From Squalus acanthias (Eukaryota): a stretch of DNA of 64,000 nucleotides. Below the pieces are notes generated by a model that had not been told where the DNA came from, searched no databases, and saw nothing but the letters and a program-made list of their open reading frames with translations. The stretch is from positions 22,506,001 through 22,570,000 of the forward strand of contig CM059443.1 of assembly GCA_030390025.1 (NCBI GenBank), read 5' to 3'. A program made the translations under genes and the position numbers. This document shows, one piece after another, positions 50,005-62,844 of this stretch. Within the stretch, counting starts at the first letter, position 1; each line of letters begins with the position of its first letter.

Positions 50005-50790
50005 ACACAAGTCATCTACTTTTGCTCCAAGATAGAAAAAGCGGAGTATTTTCTAAATGGTGAGAAACTAGGGACTGTAGAGGAGCAAAGGAATTTGGGA
50101 GTCCAAGTACAAAAATTATTAAAAAGCCAGTCGACAGGTACAAAAAGCAATCAAAGGGCTAATGGAATGTTGGCCTTTATCTCAAGGGGACTGGAATACA
50201 AAGAGGAGGAGGTTATTCCCTAGGTGTATAGAGCCTTGATCAGACCCCATCTGGAGTATTGTATTAAATTCTGGGCATCACACTTCAAAAATGATCTATT
50301 GACCTTGGAGGGGGTGCAGCGCAGATTCATCAGAATGATACCAGGGATTAAAGGGTTAAATTATGAGGACAGGTTGCATAAACTTGGCTTGTATTCTCTT
50401 GCGTATAGGAGATTGAGAGGTGATTTAATGGAGGTATTTAAAATGATAAAAGGATTTGATGGGATAGATAAAGAGAATCCATTTCTTTTGGGGAATCCAG
50501 AACAAGAGGGCATAATCTTAAAATTAGAGCCAGACCATTCAGGAGTGAAATCAGGAAGCACTTTTTCTCTCGAAGAGCAGTAGAATATGGAACTCTCATT
50601 CGAAAAGCTGCGGATGCTGGTTCAATTAAAGCTTTCAAGACTGAGATCAATAGATTTTTGTTGGGTTAAGGTATCAAGGGATATGGGCCAAAGGCAGGTA
50701 TTTGGGGTTGAGGTACAAATCAGCCAGGATCTAATTGAATGGTGGAACAGGCTCAAGTGGCTGAATGGCCTGCTGCTGTTGCTACCTTCC
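50005..50790 (+). mobile_element. CR1 3' portion
   Basis: YRALIRPHLEYCIKFWASHFKND...EGVQRRFIRMIPG. Confidence 0.85.
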
Positions 50791-51569
50791 TACTGATTGG
50801 CTCAGCAGGTAATGGCTTCAGAGTTAGTTCTCCTGCTTCTTGCCTCTGCACACAGTTTTATCAGATCTCAACCGGTGGGATGTCTGCCTACAGCAGGTAT
50901 TCCACATCAGGAAGCCGATGAATTGAAAGCTTTCATCTCACTGTGCTCCGAACAGACCTCATGCAACAATTGTTGGGATGTCTGCAGTTAAGCTGAAGGA
51001 GAATATGTGGAGGAGATGGTTATTAGAAAAATGAGGAAGTCAGAATACAAATTTTACTTTGGGAGAACTGGGTGGAGCAGGGAGTAAGGACTCAGTCCTT
51101 CATAGTTCCTGAATACAGAGAAGAACTTAAGGAGAAAAAGTGCCTCACGCAGTCCTTTGAGAACTTTCCAAACTCCCTGTATCATATGTCAGACACTCTG
51201 CAGAAGTTCAGCACTGGCATTTGTACAGACATGTGAGAGGATTTCAGAAATCTGCAACCCACGTGACAGCTCCATGGCTATTTGCAGCGAATCCCCCCCC
51301 CCACCCCCCGCCCACCAAAGGCAGAAGTCCAAACCCATGGAATTCATGGGTGTGGTATCGACCCTGTAGCACAGATTAGGAGAGTGCTGCATGCCTGAAT
51401 TTGAGCTAAGAGTCTTAGCAGGCGTAATGTTTCTAAGTAAATTAATTTGGGCGGTCCTAACCCCATTTTAAGGAGCACAGCACAAAAATGTCCAAAGTTG
51501 TCATTTAAGAGAGGCTAGTGTGGCAAATGGAAATAGCGATGTGACACTATGGCAGTCGGCAGTTCTCTA

Positions 51570-52430
51570 GCATGGAGGACATAGACATACTGGCGACATG
51601 GGCAGACACATGGCCGATGCAATTTAATGTGGATAAGTGTGAAGTGATGCACTTTGGGAAAAACAACATGGAGAGGCAGTGTAATCTAAATGGTACTATT
51701 TTGAGAGGGGTGCAAGAGTAAAGGGACCTGGGGGTGCATATTTACAAATCCTTGAAGGTGGCAGAGCAAGTTGATAAGGCAATTCAGAGAGCGTGTGGGA
51801 TACTTGGCTTTGTAAATAGGGGTATTGAATACAAAAACAAGGAAGTCATGCTTAACCTTTAAAATCACTGGTTAGGCCTCACCTGGAGTATTGTGTACAA
51901 TTCTAGGCACCACACTTTAGGAAAGAAGTCAAGGCCTTGGTGTGAGTACAGGAAAAGGTTTACCAGGATGATATCAGGGATGAGGGATTTCAGTTATGTG
52001 GAGAGATTGGAGAAGCTGGGATTGTTCTCCTTAGAGCAGAGAGGTTTAAGGGGAGACCCAATAGAGGTATTCAAAATTATGAGGGGTTTTGATAGAGCAA
52101 GTAGGGAGAAACTGTTTCCTTTGTTGTGGGTCGGTAACCAGAGGTCACAGATTTAAAATAATTGGCAAAAGAATGAGAGGGGAAATGAGGAGAAATTATT
52201 TCACGCTGAGGATTGTTATGATGTAGAATGCACTACCAGAAAGTGTGTGGAATCAGATTCCATAGGAACCTTCAAAAGGCAATTGGACATGTTTTTGAAG
52301 AGAACTAATTTGCAGGGTTATGGGGAGAAAGCTGGTGTGTGGGGCTAAATTGGACAGCTTCTTCAAAGAGCCAGCACAGGCATGATAGGCCGAATGGCCC
52401 CCTTCTGTGCTGTAAGATTCTATGATTCTA
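51570..52430 (+). mobile_element. CR1 3' portion
   Basis: MQFNVDKCEVMHFG and RFTRMISGMRDFSYVERLEKLGLFSLEQ; tail (GATTCTAT)n. Confidence 0.85.
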
Positions 52431-52941
52431 AGAGCTTTAAATGCATCTAATCTATGCTACACCTGAGGTAGGATTGCTTGAAGTACAAAAGCATTTCCAT
52501 TCCTCCAGAACTAACATCTTGACAAGCACAAAGGTTCACCCCTCAAAAGGTCATTTGTAAAATGAAGCGTTGTTTTGGAATTGTGTTCTGCATCTATGCT
52601 ATTGAACTCTTAAAATCCCACTGGCCTAGCAAGGTTGCTGTCACTAAAGCTGTTGGGATATGTATGGGACCAGCATACCCGATTCATCTTCCAACTTTCT
52701 TTCTCTTCTTTGGAGAAGAGTCATATCTTCACTTGCTGTCCCTCACCAAACATTTTAGCCACGACTGGGAGCTCATTGTGAGGGAAATAGTAGGGATGAA
52801 CATCCCTTATCCACATTCATAAAATGAAAATATGTGCTAGTATTTAAATGAAGTGTTACTATCACTTATTTTCTTTTTAACTATAAACAATTACCAGATG
52901 CAGTGAGGAAAAGAAGACCAATTCAGAGCTGCAGCACTTAC

Positions 52942-53072
52942 CCTTCCAGCATCTTTGGAACCAAATACTCCCCAAATTAATCGAATTGTAATGGAAGGGA
53001 TAAGATTGACAGCAACAGTCAGGAGGATGGTGAGCCAGATGTAAGGCTGTCTAAAAGCGTTTGCTGCGGCTC
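52942..53072 (-). CDS. ATP8B3: ATP8B-class exon, M10 (GAAANAFRQPYIWLTILLTVAVNLIPSITIRLIWGVFGSKDAGR)
   Basis: Acceptor ttttacag, donor gtaagt, 131 nt; RQPYIWLTI.L motif as in ATP8B1. Confidence 0.9.
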
Positions 53073-53194
53073 CTGTAAAAATAAAAGTCAAAAACATTAA
53101 GAACTCAAAATTCTGATGCTAATCATATCTTCAGATTATTGGGGTAAGTATGAACCACCTTAACGTACTGTGGTACTGCACAAATTTAACAAAG

Positions 53195-53582
53195 CAGTCT
53201 GCTTGAACGGCCACCCCCTCCATCACCGGCATATAGTGGCTGCAGTGCGTCCTATCAACAGGATGCACTGCAGCAACTCAACTAAGGCTCCTTTGTCAGT
53301 ACATCCCAAACCCGTGACTTCCTCCACCTAGAAGGACAAGGGCAGCAGGTGCATGGGAACACCATCACCTCCAAGTCACCAAACATCCTGACTTGGACAT
53401 GTATCGCCGTTGCTTCATTGGTGCTGGGTTTAAAATCTTGGAACTCCCTATCCAACAGCATTGTGGGCACACCTTCACCACAGCAGTTCAAGAAGAAGGT
53501 CCACCACCACCTTCTCAGGGCAACTAGGGATGGGCAATAAATGCCGGCCTTTCCAGTGGTGCCCACATCCTGAGAATAAAAA
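53195..53582 (+). mobile_element. LINE family B 3' end
   Basis: Reverse-complement match to 10775-11170 (GGGATGGGCAATAAATGCCGGCC...CCCACATCC). Confidence 0.8.
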
Positions 53583-54464
53583 GACAAAAAGAGAAGAAGA
53601 TCTGGATTTTCCTCCTTGAATCTACTATTTTCCGGGTGGTCACAGAGCAGTATTCCAAGGAAAACTGGGGAATCCTTGCCCCTAGGAATGGCCCCCCAAT
53701 ATTTTCCTCCCAGCCCCAATGACACCGATGTCAGCCGCCCAACCATTGCCTGCTCCATCGTGTGTAACTGAAGTGTAGGACTGGCTGACAGGTAAGTAAT
53801 GGCCACCAATGTGTCCTAGGCCATTGAAAGGATTCACCAGCGGAAGCTGGGCTCAGTCTAAGCAGCAGTAGTTAGAGGTTTCTGACCTCCTTAATAATAG
53901 TTGTATTCTTTGAGTGGCCCTCTGCAGCATCACAACAGTTTCCTTCCCGGCATTGGCGGGCTCCCTCGGTACAGTCTAGATTCCACTGGGAACTCGTCTT
54001 CTATACGTAACTGACCCCCAACCCATCAAAATGGGTTAGGATCACAGCGAGGTCAGACCAATCCCACCCCGAACCCATATCCGATGGGAAGAGGACAATC
54101 CAGGCCTTAGTGTATTATACTGACCAATGATAGGAGGCAATTTGGAAGAAGCCTAAAGCAGAAGTATCGACATTCATTTCATGTTAATTTATTCTCTGGG
54201 AAAATTAAGGAATATAAAAGGGCCATTCAGCCCATCAAACTTGTTCCTTGCAATAATTAGCTGATTTGATCCTGGATTCTTCATCATCCATGCTTGGCAT
54301 TAAAAATTTCATGATTTCATCTCCCACCTATTTATTCAACCCTGTGTCCAAAAATAACTCCCTCAAAACACAGGAGCCATTATGTCCCATGGAATACTTG
54401 ATATCTCAGTCTACAATCAGCGGTCCTGTTCCCAACCTAGTGAAATAGGGATAAGAACATGTAG

Positions 54465-54860
54465 CAGACACACACACGCACAGAAACAGAGATACACATA
54501 GAAAGATACGTGTGTACGCACATACAGAAATGGAGACACATACACACACGCATAGGAACAGAGATACACCCACAGAGAAACAGGGATAGGTGCGCATGCA
54601 CACACAGAAATAGGGACACATACACATGCACAGAAACAGAGCTGTACACATAGAAACAGATACACACACAAATATGTGTGCACTTGTACACAAAAATGGA
54701 GACTCATACACACGGAAACAGAGATCTACACATAGAAATAGAGACACACACAACAGAAACATACACAGACAACAGACAAACATACACACACACAACCACA
54801 CTGATACTTATAGTCATGTACACAGACACAAAAATACGTTCATAGAGAGGCACATACACA
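54465..54860 (+). repeat. Degenerate CA/GA-rich low-complexity repeat
   Basis: Recurring ACACACA(C/T)AGAAACAGAG units. Confidence 0.85.
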
Positions 54861-55199
54861 AAAATAAAGCAACACAGAGTCTAGATGCTCAATCTTATTT
54901 GAGAAAATTTTCAGCCTTTTCTTTCCTTTCTTTTTGATTTGCACTATCACAGACACGGTGTACCATAAGTCTTTTCTTTTTCTTTCATTCTCTGTCTTTC
55001 ATTCTTTAATTCATGCTCCAAGTATCTTTCTCTGTTTCCTGCCCTCCATTTTCTCCTGTCTATTCCCAACAGCACTCATTCCCGCGGGCGACAATTCCAA
55101 AGACGTTGTTCACCCTCTGGCATTTTGTGCAGGGGGTGCTGCTATACAGTGAGAAGCAGCAGGCGATTCACTCAAAGGGTGCGGATACTCGCTATATAG

Positions 55200-55475
55200 G
55201 AGCACGTAGGACATGTCCACCTGGACAAAATACCTAACTGAGCTCAATCCTCTCCTCACCTAATATCCGTACCTGCTCCAGAAGGTTCATCGAATTGCAA
55301 TCAGGTGCAAGGAAGGACCCTGGCCGATGTTTCCCCTCCTTAGTCTGGAGACACTGAGACTGCTTGTTGTGCTCACACGGTCATCCAGCTGATATCAGCT
55401 AATTCAGCACTGGCCAGGAATCAAACCTGGGAGCTTTGGTATTTAAACGGCCCAGTTTATTCATTGAATCACTGT
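55200..55475 (-). mobile_element. Possible old tRNA-derived SINE
   Basis: B-box-like CCCAGGTTTGATTCCTGG followed by GTGCTGAATTAGCTGAT on the - strand; family not identified. Confidence 0.35.
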
Positions 55476-55792
55476 GAGAGCAAATCTCCTTCACTTCGCA
55501 TGTCCAACTGAAAAGGTACGACTGCTAAAGAACCCTGGTTCAACGTTTTCACACAATAAGGCTCAGTAACGTCTTTGAGCCAGTTTTCTCAATTATATTA
55601 ACATTCATTGTGTAATTAAAACATTTTAAAAGACAGGAGGATAAACAAAGTGTGTAATGTCCATCACTTTTTGCAACGCTTTCGTACAGAAGATGACACT
55701 ACACTCCTCGGATGGAAAAAGATGTTTAATAAAATGCCAGGAAAGAAAGGTACAGGCTGCGATTAGGGCTTCTATCAGAATGCAGAAATATT

Positions 55793-56533
55793 GGCCCGGA
55801 ATTTGCGGTCAGCGGCGAAGCAAAGGCGTTCGCACAAAGATCTCGCGGTGTCTGTGTCGAGAAGTTCGGATTTTCCAATGTGTCATTCAAATCAACGTAG
55901 TATATGGGAATCCCATAGCGCGAGCCGCTGTGACATCAGCAAGCTGTCTAAGCAGCCAATCAACACATAGAATTCTCAGACAGCAAACCGGGAAGTGGCT
56001 AAGCTCTTAAAATTCTAACTTTTAAAAAATGTTAGAGTGAGCAAAACAAAGATTGGGGCTCTCACATGGGGAAAAGGCAAACCTGAAATAAAGATGAACA
56101 AACTTTAAAAAAAAAATGGTTTGTTTAAAAATTTAATTTTTATTCAAATGGATAAATTTGACACTGTACAAAATTTAAATGAGCTTTTCAGGCCCATAAC
56201 CTTTGTTTAGCAGTCACTACGCTGTTAAAACCCCAGTTACACCTGATTCATTTGGGTCTAACTTTTAGTGGGGAATTGAACAGTGTAATTACTGCGGAAG
56301 AGCCAAAGTTTTCGTCAGTTTCAATATTTGAGAGATTTCACTGATTGCCGGCTCTGTGTTGTGGTGGTTGGGGTGGGGGTGGGGGGAGGGGGCACAGCGC
56401 AGCCTGTGGAGGAGGAGTGAATGACAGACCACAACTTCAGGATTCCCGTGTTAGGCTGCGCATGCGCTAAATCCTGACGAAGTGACGGCAGACGCTGCCA
56501 GTTCGCCGTCATCAGGACTGCAAATTCCAGGCC
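55793..56533 (+). mobile_element. Harbinger-type MITE related to family A
   Basis: TIR GGCCCGGAATTTGC / GCAAATTCCAGGCC; left end GCGGTCAGCGGCGAA identical to the 1361 copy; CTGCGCATGCG near the right end as in the 18560 copy. Confidence 0.75.
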
Positions 56534-56756
56534 AATATCTGAAGCTCCATGGGTCGCAGATACGAGAAGATTTCTCAGACCTAATAAAATATTCACATCA
56601 ACACCACAGAATTGGGTGAAAAAGCCTGAAGTACCAATTTATACTATATCTGCTAATCTTAAATTCTGTTGCAAATTGATAGTGAGCAAACCGCTAAAAT
56701 AATTCACTTGTCTTCGGTTAAGTGTACAGATCAAAACGGACTAATTGCTTTCTTAC

Positions 56757-56895
56757 CATAGAATTGGAACATATCTGGATTCAGTTGAGTCAAGAAAGTA
56801 CTTTGGGTTAGAAAGGTGATGCAAAAGTACAGCCCAACACTGATGATGATAGACAACGCAGTGGGAACTGTCCAGAATGAAACCGCCATCATAAT
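56757..56895 (-). CDS. ATP8B3: ATP8B-class exon, M9 (IMMAVSFWTVPTALSIIISVGLYFCITFLTQSTFLTQLNPDMFQFY-G)
   Basis: Acceptor aacag, donor gtaaga, 139 nt; frame consistent with neighbouring exons. Confidence 0.85.
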
Positions 56896-57410
56896 CTGTT
56901 CAGAGAATACATTATTATCTAGAATACTTCCAGACAGGTACAAATATTTACTGATTAAGGAAGTAGGAACTGCATCTATTTCTTAACACTTTCACATGAA
57001 GGTACCTTCATTTAGACAAATTAAGCATTTGAAAAAATACTGCACTCTAGAAATATTACAGCATCTACATTCCAGATATAAAATACATTCTATATAAATG
57101 CAAGTCTTTCTTTTCTTTTAATCAGTGTAGCAGCAGTTGGCTCCAGGAAATGCCCGTCACTTCCAGGGTGCAACAAAATAGCAGCAAAGGGAGTCTCCTA
57201 ATCACTCAGAAACCCGGGAAATGGAACCTGTACAGAAGGGTTAGGTGACCACACTTAAATACAGCAACACACACTGCTTAAACGAACCACTCTGTCAGCT
57301 AGCCTGGGCTTTACAAACACTTATATTTGTTAATAGGATTCTTAGCGTTGATGGTCATTAATACAGGTTCTGCTGTATAGTGATGTCCAAAGATTTAATC
57401 GGGGACTTAC

Positions 57411-57656
57411 CTCAATATTAACAGTCAGCACCACAGCAGTGCCGATAGTCACTGATAAGGACTGGTAATCTGAGAATGTTGTGCCATCTTTTCCCATAAT
57501 CTCAATGAATGCTCCATATGGTATAAAAAATAAAAGCATTGAACTTAGAAGGCCATGACATAGAGTAATTAAGAAGGTCCTGTAATTAAATAGCTCATTC
57601 CGCTGTCCAACTTTGTAGAGTTTGGGATACTTGGTACTCAGATTGTCACTTATATC
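57411..57656 (-). CDS. ATP8B3: ATP8B-class exon, M7-M8 (DISDNLSTKYPKLYKVGQRNELFNY...SDYQSLSVTIGTAVVLTVNIE)
   Basis: Acceptor ttacag, donor gtaagt, 246 nt; P.LY..GQ...LFNY and SDYQS motifs. Confidence 0.9.
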
Positions 57657-58093
57657 CTGTAATTCCAAAAATACAAACAGTTAGAAGCAGAGGAAACCAC
57701 CAGTTCAGAGCAATGAGAGGTGTAATAACCCAAAATGTGATACAATCTTGAATATTATAAAGGGAGGTACCAATGTTTCTTTGTTGCCTGGAGTTACCAT
57801 GTGAAAAATAGTGCCTGAGAGTTCCAACATCATTCTGGCCGGAAATAGTGTGATGTCAACAGAATAAAGTTACTAATGACACTCACACCGACGTCAGACC
57901 TTATTACGTGAAAAAGAACTTTTCACAATGAATCACTTTTAAAGTGCAATGACTATGGTTATGTAGGCAAACAACAACACTTAAAGGGGAATGTACTTAT
58001 TCTCCTGCTGTCATCCATACCGTGCTCCATCCAGTAAGGCAGCCAAGAGCTGTTGAAATTTAGCCTGGGAGTTTCCGTGACAGTTGAAACTAT

Positions 58094-58222
58094 GGGGCTA
58101 ACTTTAACCTAATCCACCGGGCAGGTAAGTCAATGGGGAATAAAATCGGTCGGGGTATAAAACGGTCAGCCGACCCGATCGAGTCAGCTTCCCGCCAGAG
58201 GAAACAGGTTAAAATTACCCCC
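58094..58222. mobile_element. Internally deleted fold-back MITE
   Basis: TIR GGGGCTAACTTTAACCT / AGGTTAAAATTACCCCC. Confidence 0.65.
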
Positions 58223-58884
58223 ATACGATTCCACCTCATGAATGTCCTACTGTCAAAGCTATCAGCATACCCATCCTGCAAGGGTGAACTCAGACTGGTG
58301 AATCTTTATTCCCGTTTCAGATGGACAGCAGTAAGCCACGAGCACCTTGCAAAACATTTGCACTGAACTATTCGCAGTGAAATTACACAGTGCAACAGCG
58401 CCACCTTTTGGCAGGAAAACAATAAATGCAAATCAGATCTTTTTGTCACATAAAAGGATTCATGTACCAGCGCTGCCCTTGGGATTATTCATTCCTAGTG
58501 TTCTACTCCACTTTTTATATCCAATGTTTTGCCACCCAATTGACATTAATAAAAATGATTTAAAAAAATTTAAGTTCTTAACCCCAGTTTGTATTCAATT
58601 CCTTTGTCATAAACTTAAGCCAGGATTTGGCAGGGAGGGAGCCACAAGGACACACCACTGTCCGAATTTCTAGGCTCTGGGTCATTGGCATTTTTTAGCC
58701 GGCTCCCTGGCTCCTGTTGGGGAATCCGCCTGGAGGAGGTGATGGGGGGTGGGTGGAATTGACTGCGGAGGCTGCTCTGTTGCTGGCTGAAAAACTCCAA
58801 CTGTTTTTAAACATTTTGATAAAATAAAGCTCCACATCCAGTGCTATCGATCACTTTAGCAGCAACTGCATAGGCTATCTGACT

Positions 58885-59145
58885 CATAGAATCATAGAAT
58901 AGTACAGCACAGAAGGAGGCCATTCGGCCCATTGAGTCTGTGCTGGCTCTGTTGAAGAGCAATCTAGTTAGACCCACTCCCCGGCTCCTTCCCTGCAATT
59001 TTTTCTCCTTCAAGTATTTATCCAATTCCCTTTTGAAGGCTACTATTGAATCTGTGTCCATCACCCTATTAGGCAGTGCATTCCAAATCCTAACCACTCG
59101 ATGCGTAAAAAAGGTTTCCCTCAATGTCACCTCTGGTTCTTGTGC
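58885..59145 (-). mobile_element. CR1 3' end
   Basis: FFTHRVVRIWNALP...AFKRELDKYL and tail (CATAGAAT)n on the + strand. Confidence 0.85.
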
Positions 59146-59620
59146 CATTCATTTTCAAATCTCTTTCTGTTGCCTATAGGAACACTGGATGCCAGGAATG
59201 CAAAGGCACAAATGATGGAAAACACGGCATATGGCATATTCCTGTCATTTGTGTGTAACTATAATACACCTGCCCACCTCTGGGCAAGTATCTTATATGC
59301 CTGATGTTATTTTTGGCAGAAAATGCCAGAATTGGTGGGGAGAGTGGGGAGCCAGCAGAGCTGTTCCCAAAGAGGTTTCCACCTCATTTCGCTGGAGTTA
59401 CCCCAGGGAGCCAGTGTGCCTTCAGCAGAAAATCTAGGCCCGAATCTCGTCAACTGGGTCGCACCCAGAGATTTCCAATGGTCAGCTCAAGATGGCAACA
59501 CCTCGCTGGCAACTGGAATTCACTGAAATCTACAAAAAGAACTATTTTAATAGCAATATTGGTGAAACAAACTTGCGAAGTAAAATAAATTTTACGAGGG
59601 GATAAAAGGCAATCATGAAT

Positions 59621-59840
59621 GCCAGAAATCTGAAATAAAACAGAGAAAAGGTGCTAGAAATGCACAGCAGGTTGGTCAGTAGACAGAAAAAGACAGGCTT
59701 GTATTTAGCAGGGACCCTTCAACAGTGGCGATCTTTTAAGAGCACGGATGAAGGGTCCCACCCAGAACATTACTTCTCTTTCTCTTATAGAGGCGGATGG
59801 ACCTGCTGTGCATTTGCACCTTTCTCTGTTTTTTTTGGAA
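59621..59840. mobile_element. Short palindromic Penelope-terminus derivative
   Basis: Inverted arms AAAACAGAGAAAAGGTGC..AAATGCACAGCAGGT / ACCTGCTGTGCATTTGCACCTTTCTCTGTTTT and GGGACCCTTCA / TGAAGGGTCCC. Confidence 0.6.
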
Positions 59841-60204
59841 CTATTTTTGTCTGCACCCAGCCACACAGCCATTCTCCGTTCATTCCCAGCTACAGAACTA
59901 TCCAGCGCTAGCCTGACACTGGAAAATCCTCCATCACTGCGGCAGGTGGAACTTCCACTGTTGACCAAATGCCCTGGGATTCCGCAAAAGTGGAAAATCC
60001 CATTTGCGGCATCCTAGAGATGGAGTCAGACTGGATGGCCATCTTCACAGTTCAAAGTGTGATTGATTACCCGACCCACAAGAAATGTTACGCTCAATCT
60101 CGTGATTGGGAACAGAATTAAAGAACGTGGGCGGACAACTGCTCAGGCTTTTTCCATTGTTAAACTTTTTTAAGGTTGGGACAACCAAGTAATGATTTGG
60201 TTAC

Positions 60205-60535
60205 ATTACAAGGGGGTGGGGGGGGCATAAATATGAGATAGCCACGAACAGATCAAATAAAGAATTTAGGAGGAATTTCTTTACACAGACGGGGATGAGA
60301 ATGTGGAACTCGCTGCCACATGGGGTGGGTGAAGCAGAGAGCATTGACATAGCTAAGGGGAGGCGTGATGCATACATGAGGGAGGTGGAAATGAAGGGAT
60401 ACGGGGTGGGGGGGGGGGCAGAATGGAAAGAGGTCATTAGAGATGGGAGGAGGTTCGTGTGGAATATAAACAGCAGCATTCACCAGTTGGGTCGAATGGC
60501 CTATTTCTGGGCTGTAGATTCGGTGTAATTCTATG
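60205..60535 (+). mobile_element. Decayed CR1 3' end
   Basis: RRNFFTQTGMRMWNSLP remnant and GAATGGCCT...TTCTATGAT tail. Confidence 0.7.
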
Positions 60536-60666
60536 ATGGATCTTGATCTATTAACGGATGTTCTGTCACAAATGTTCTGAGCATGCTCAAGAACGCCTTG
60601 TAGATTTTTCGCTGGTAGGATTTGGTGGACAATGAGAATGTGCACTGAAGTTCGATGACATCTTAC

Positions 60667-60750
60667 CTGTTCCAGTGTCCCCAGTGCCAGCACAGGCAGC
60701 CAGGTGTATGCCACTTTGTAGAAGGAGATGCACCACTTCTCAAAAACGGT
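60667..60750 (-). CDS. ATP8B3: ATP8B-class exon, M6 (TVFEKWCISFYKVAYTWLPVLALGTLEQ)
   Basis: Acceptor ccaaag, donor gtaaga, 84 nt, phase 0/0; aligns to the 28-aa M6 exon of ATP8B genes. Confidence 0.88.
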
Positions 60751-62466
60751 CTTTGGATAAAACAATCATTAGGAAATGTGAAAGTTACTGCTAGTTAAAG
60801 AACAATCAGACACAAAACAAATAAAAATAAGTCATACTTAGATGCAAGTTTAGATTAATTGGTAAACAGTGGATTTGATAGCACACGGGGTTGGGGGGGT
60901 GACATATTTTGTATTTCAGTGCTTTTTTATGTCTGCCAGAGAATTGGCGTCTTTTACTATTTTTCTGCTGCAACTAGTACACCAGGATCACTTACACTGC
61001 AAAACAAAATACCAGCCATGAATTTGCTGTTGGAAGATTTTAGAATTAGCTTTCAAAATTGAGGACCTGGTCAACAGGAATGGTAGAGAAGTTGTCAAAA
61101 AAATGTGACAGCGTGACTTCCTTCAGACAGTGTTAAATAAGCGTGGTGTGATTAGAAAGTCTTAACGAGACTGATTTCCTTGTCGACGACACCTTCCATC
61201 TTTGTAAGGGGAGAGGCTGAAAGCTATGGAGACATGGTGGCCGAGGTGTAAAGTTCTTTGAGAGGCCAGTCACCAGGGCTTTGGAGTAGGAGCAGGAAGT
61301 TCAATCTCCCTCATTCAGGATCCAGGCTCTCTCCATGTCTTCGAGCCCACCAATGTTTGTGGGGTCAGAGGTCAGAGCCTGCACACGCGGGCTTTTCGTG
61401 ATTGGGGGCACGTCTGCAGTTCAGAGACCCTGGAAACCGGGGAGGGAGTTGGCTGGCCGTGGGGGAGATGAGGGGGCCAGCTCCCTCTCAGATAGCTACA
61501 GATGTTTCCCAAGCAACCCTCCCCAATTATAAAGGGCTCCATTATAATTCTGTTTCTACAGGCACTGTAGTTAATAAAAGAGACACACAAAGGCCTAAAT
61601 ATTTAAACATATTATGACCCCACTCTGAGTGAGGTTTCCAATTTGTGTCAAATTATGGGCAGCTTTGGTCTGTGGACCCCTATCTACTATGACCTGAGTT
61701 GAGACGACCCAAACGCATTGCATGTATGACTTTGTTAGAAAGAGGAGAGCTTAATCCCATCAGTTGGGGCTGGGTACGAAGTCAGGTCCCAGATGTGAAA
61801 GGAGAGTAGACTAGATCAGTTCTTATGAAGGATGAACTTGTATTGTCTCTTTTAGATGCTGACAGACCTGAAGTATGTTTTCACCATTTATCTCACTGCT
61901 TCTTGCAGTCCCTCAAATCGACAATTTCTGTTAATTTAAGGATTCTAAACAGTGCCGATAGTGTGTGGGAACATTAGTAGGAAATGTTTACAAACAATTT
62001 AACAAATTCATCCAGTCTAACTCCCTCTAAAGAAGAGAGCAGCCCCAAAAGAGCTTAATGGTAGGGCTCAGGTGGCCTAGTAACATGTCTCCACTGGGAT
62101 ATCGGAATGATGACAAACATATGGGAATTCCATTTTTATTGGGTCCCTAACCTATGAAACATAAGCAGGTGAGAAATTCTTGTCCACTTTGAGATAAAGA
62201 GACAAAATAAAATATTAAAGTTAAAAAAGGAAAATGACATGGGTAAATCTTCTCCCTGAGTTTTATTCTTTTTACATATTGTCAAATCATGCTTGTTTTT
62301 CATCAAACAAATTTTGTGGGTTTTAGATCTTTGAAGTCAGATGTTTTCTGTGCCAGAAAACTCACAAACTGAGCCTCTAACTGTTTAAGCTCCTCGAATC
62401 CCACGCTTCCCATTAAATCTGAACTTTAGGTAAACAAAGCAGCATTGTTAAGACATTTGTACTTAC

Positions 62467-62690
62467 CTGACCAGAAAACCCATTAAAGAATGAAAACCAG
62501 ATTTGGACAAAGGAAAATGCAAACGTCTTGTATAGGAAGTATCTCAGGAACTTGCAGATCCTTATGTAGGCCCATCGGCCGTGAACCAGAAGCAGCCGTT
62601 CAAGGTAGCGGAACTGTCCAAGCGAGTAATCGCTGGACAAAACGGCCTGCATGCCTTCCTGCCCGCTGATTCCAACTCCAATGTGTGCCG
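62467..62690 (-). CDS. ATP8B3: P4-ATPase (ATP8B class) exon: end of P-domain and M5 ([74 protein letters not shown])
   Basis: Acceptor ttttcccag, donor gtaagt, 224 nt. Canonical ATP8B motifs [11 protein letters not shown] and LLLVHGRW. Paralogue name rests on position convergent with ONECUT3. Confidence 0.9.
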
Positions 62691-62844
62691 CTGGGAAAAC
62701 ACACAATAGTTTGTAAAGTCACTCGCTGTATACAGGGGCTCGCATAGCTTGTTCCAGACCATTCGCAGATTATTGAGTGAGATGTATTTTGGCGACTCGG
62801 AATGGATTGTGGGTATACAAACCCAATGCCACTCAAGAAAGAGG

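Noticed and set aside
54406-54937. Cys/Val-rich and His/Thr-rich ORFs
   Set aside because: Translations of a CA-rich low-complexity repeat.
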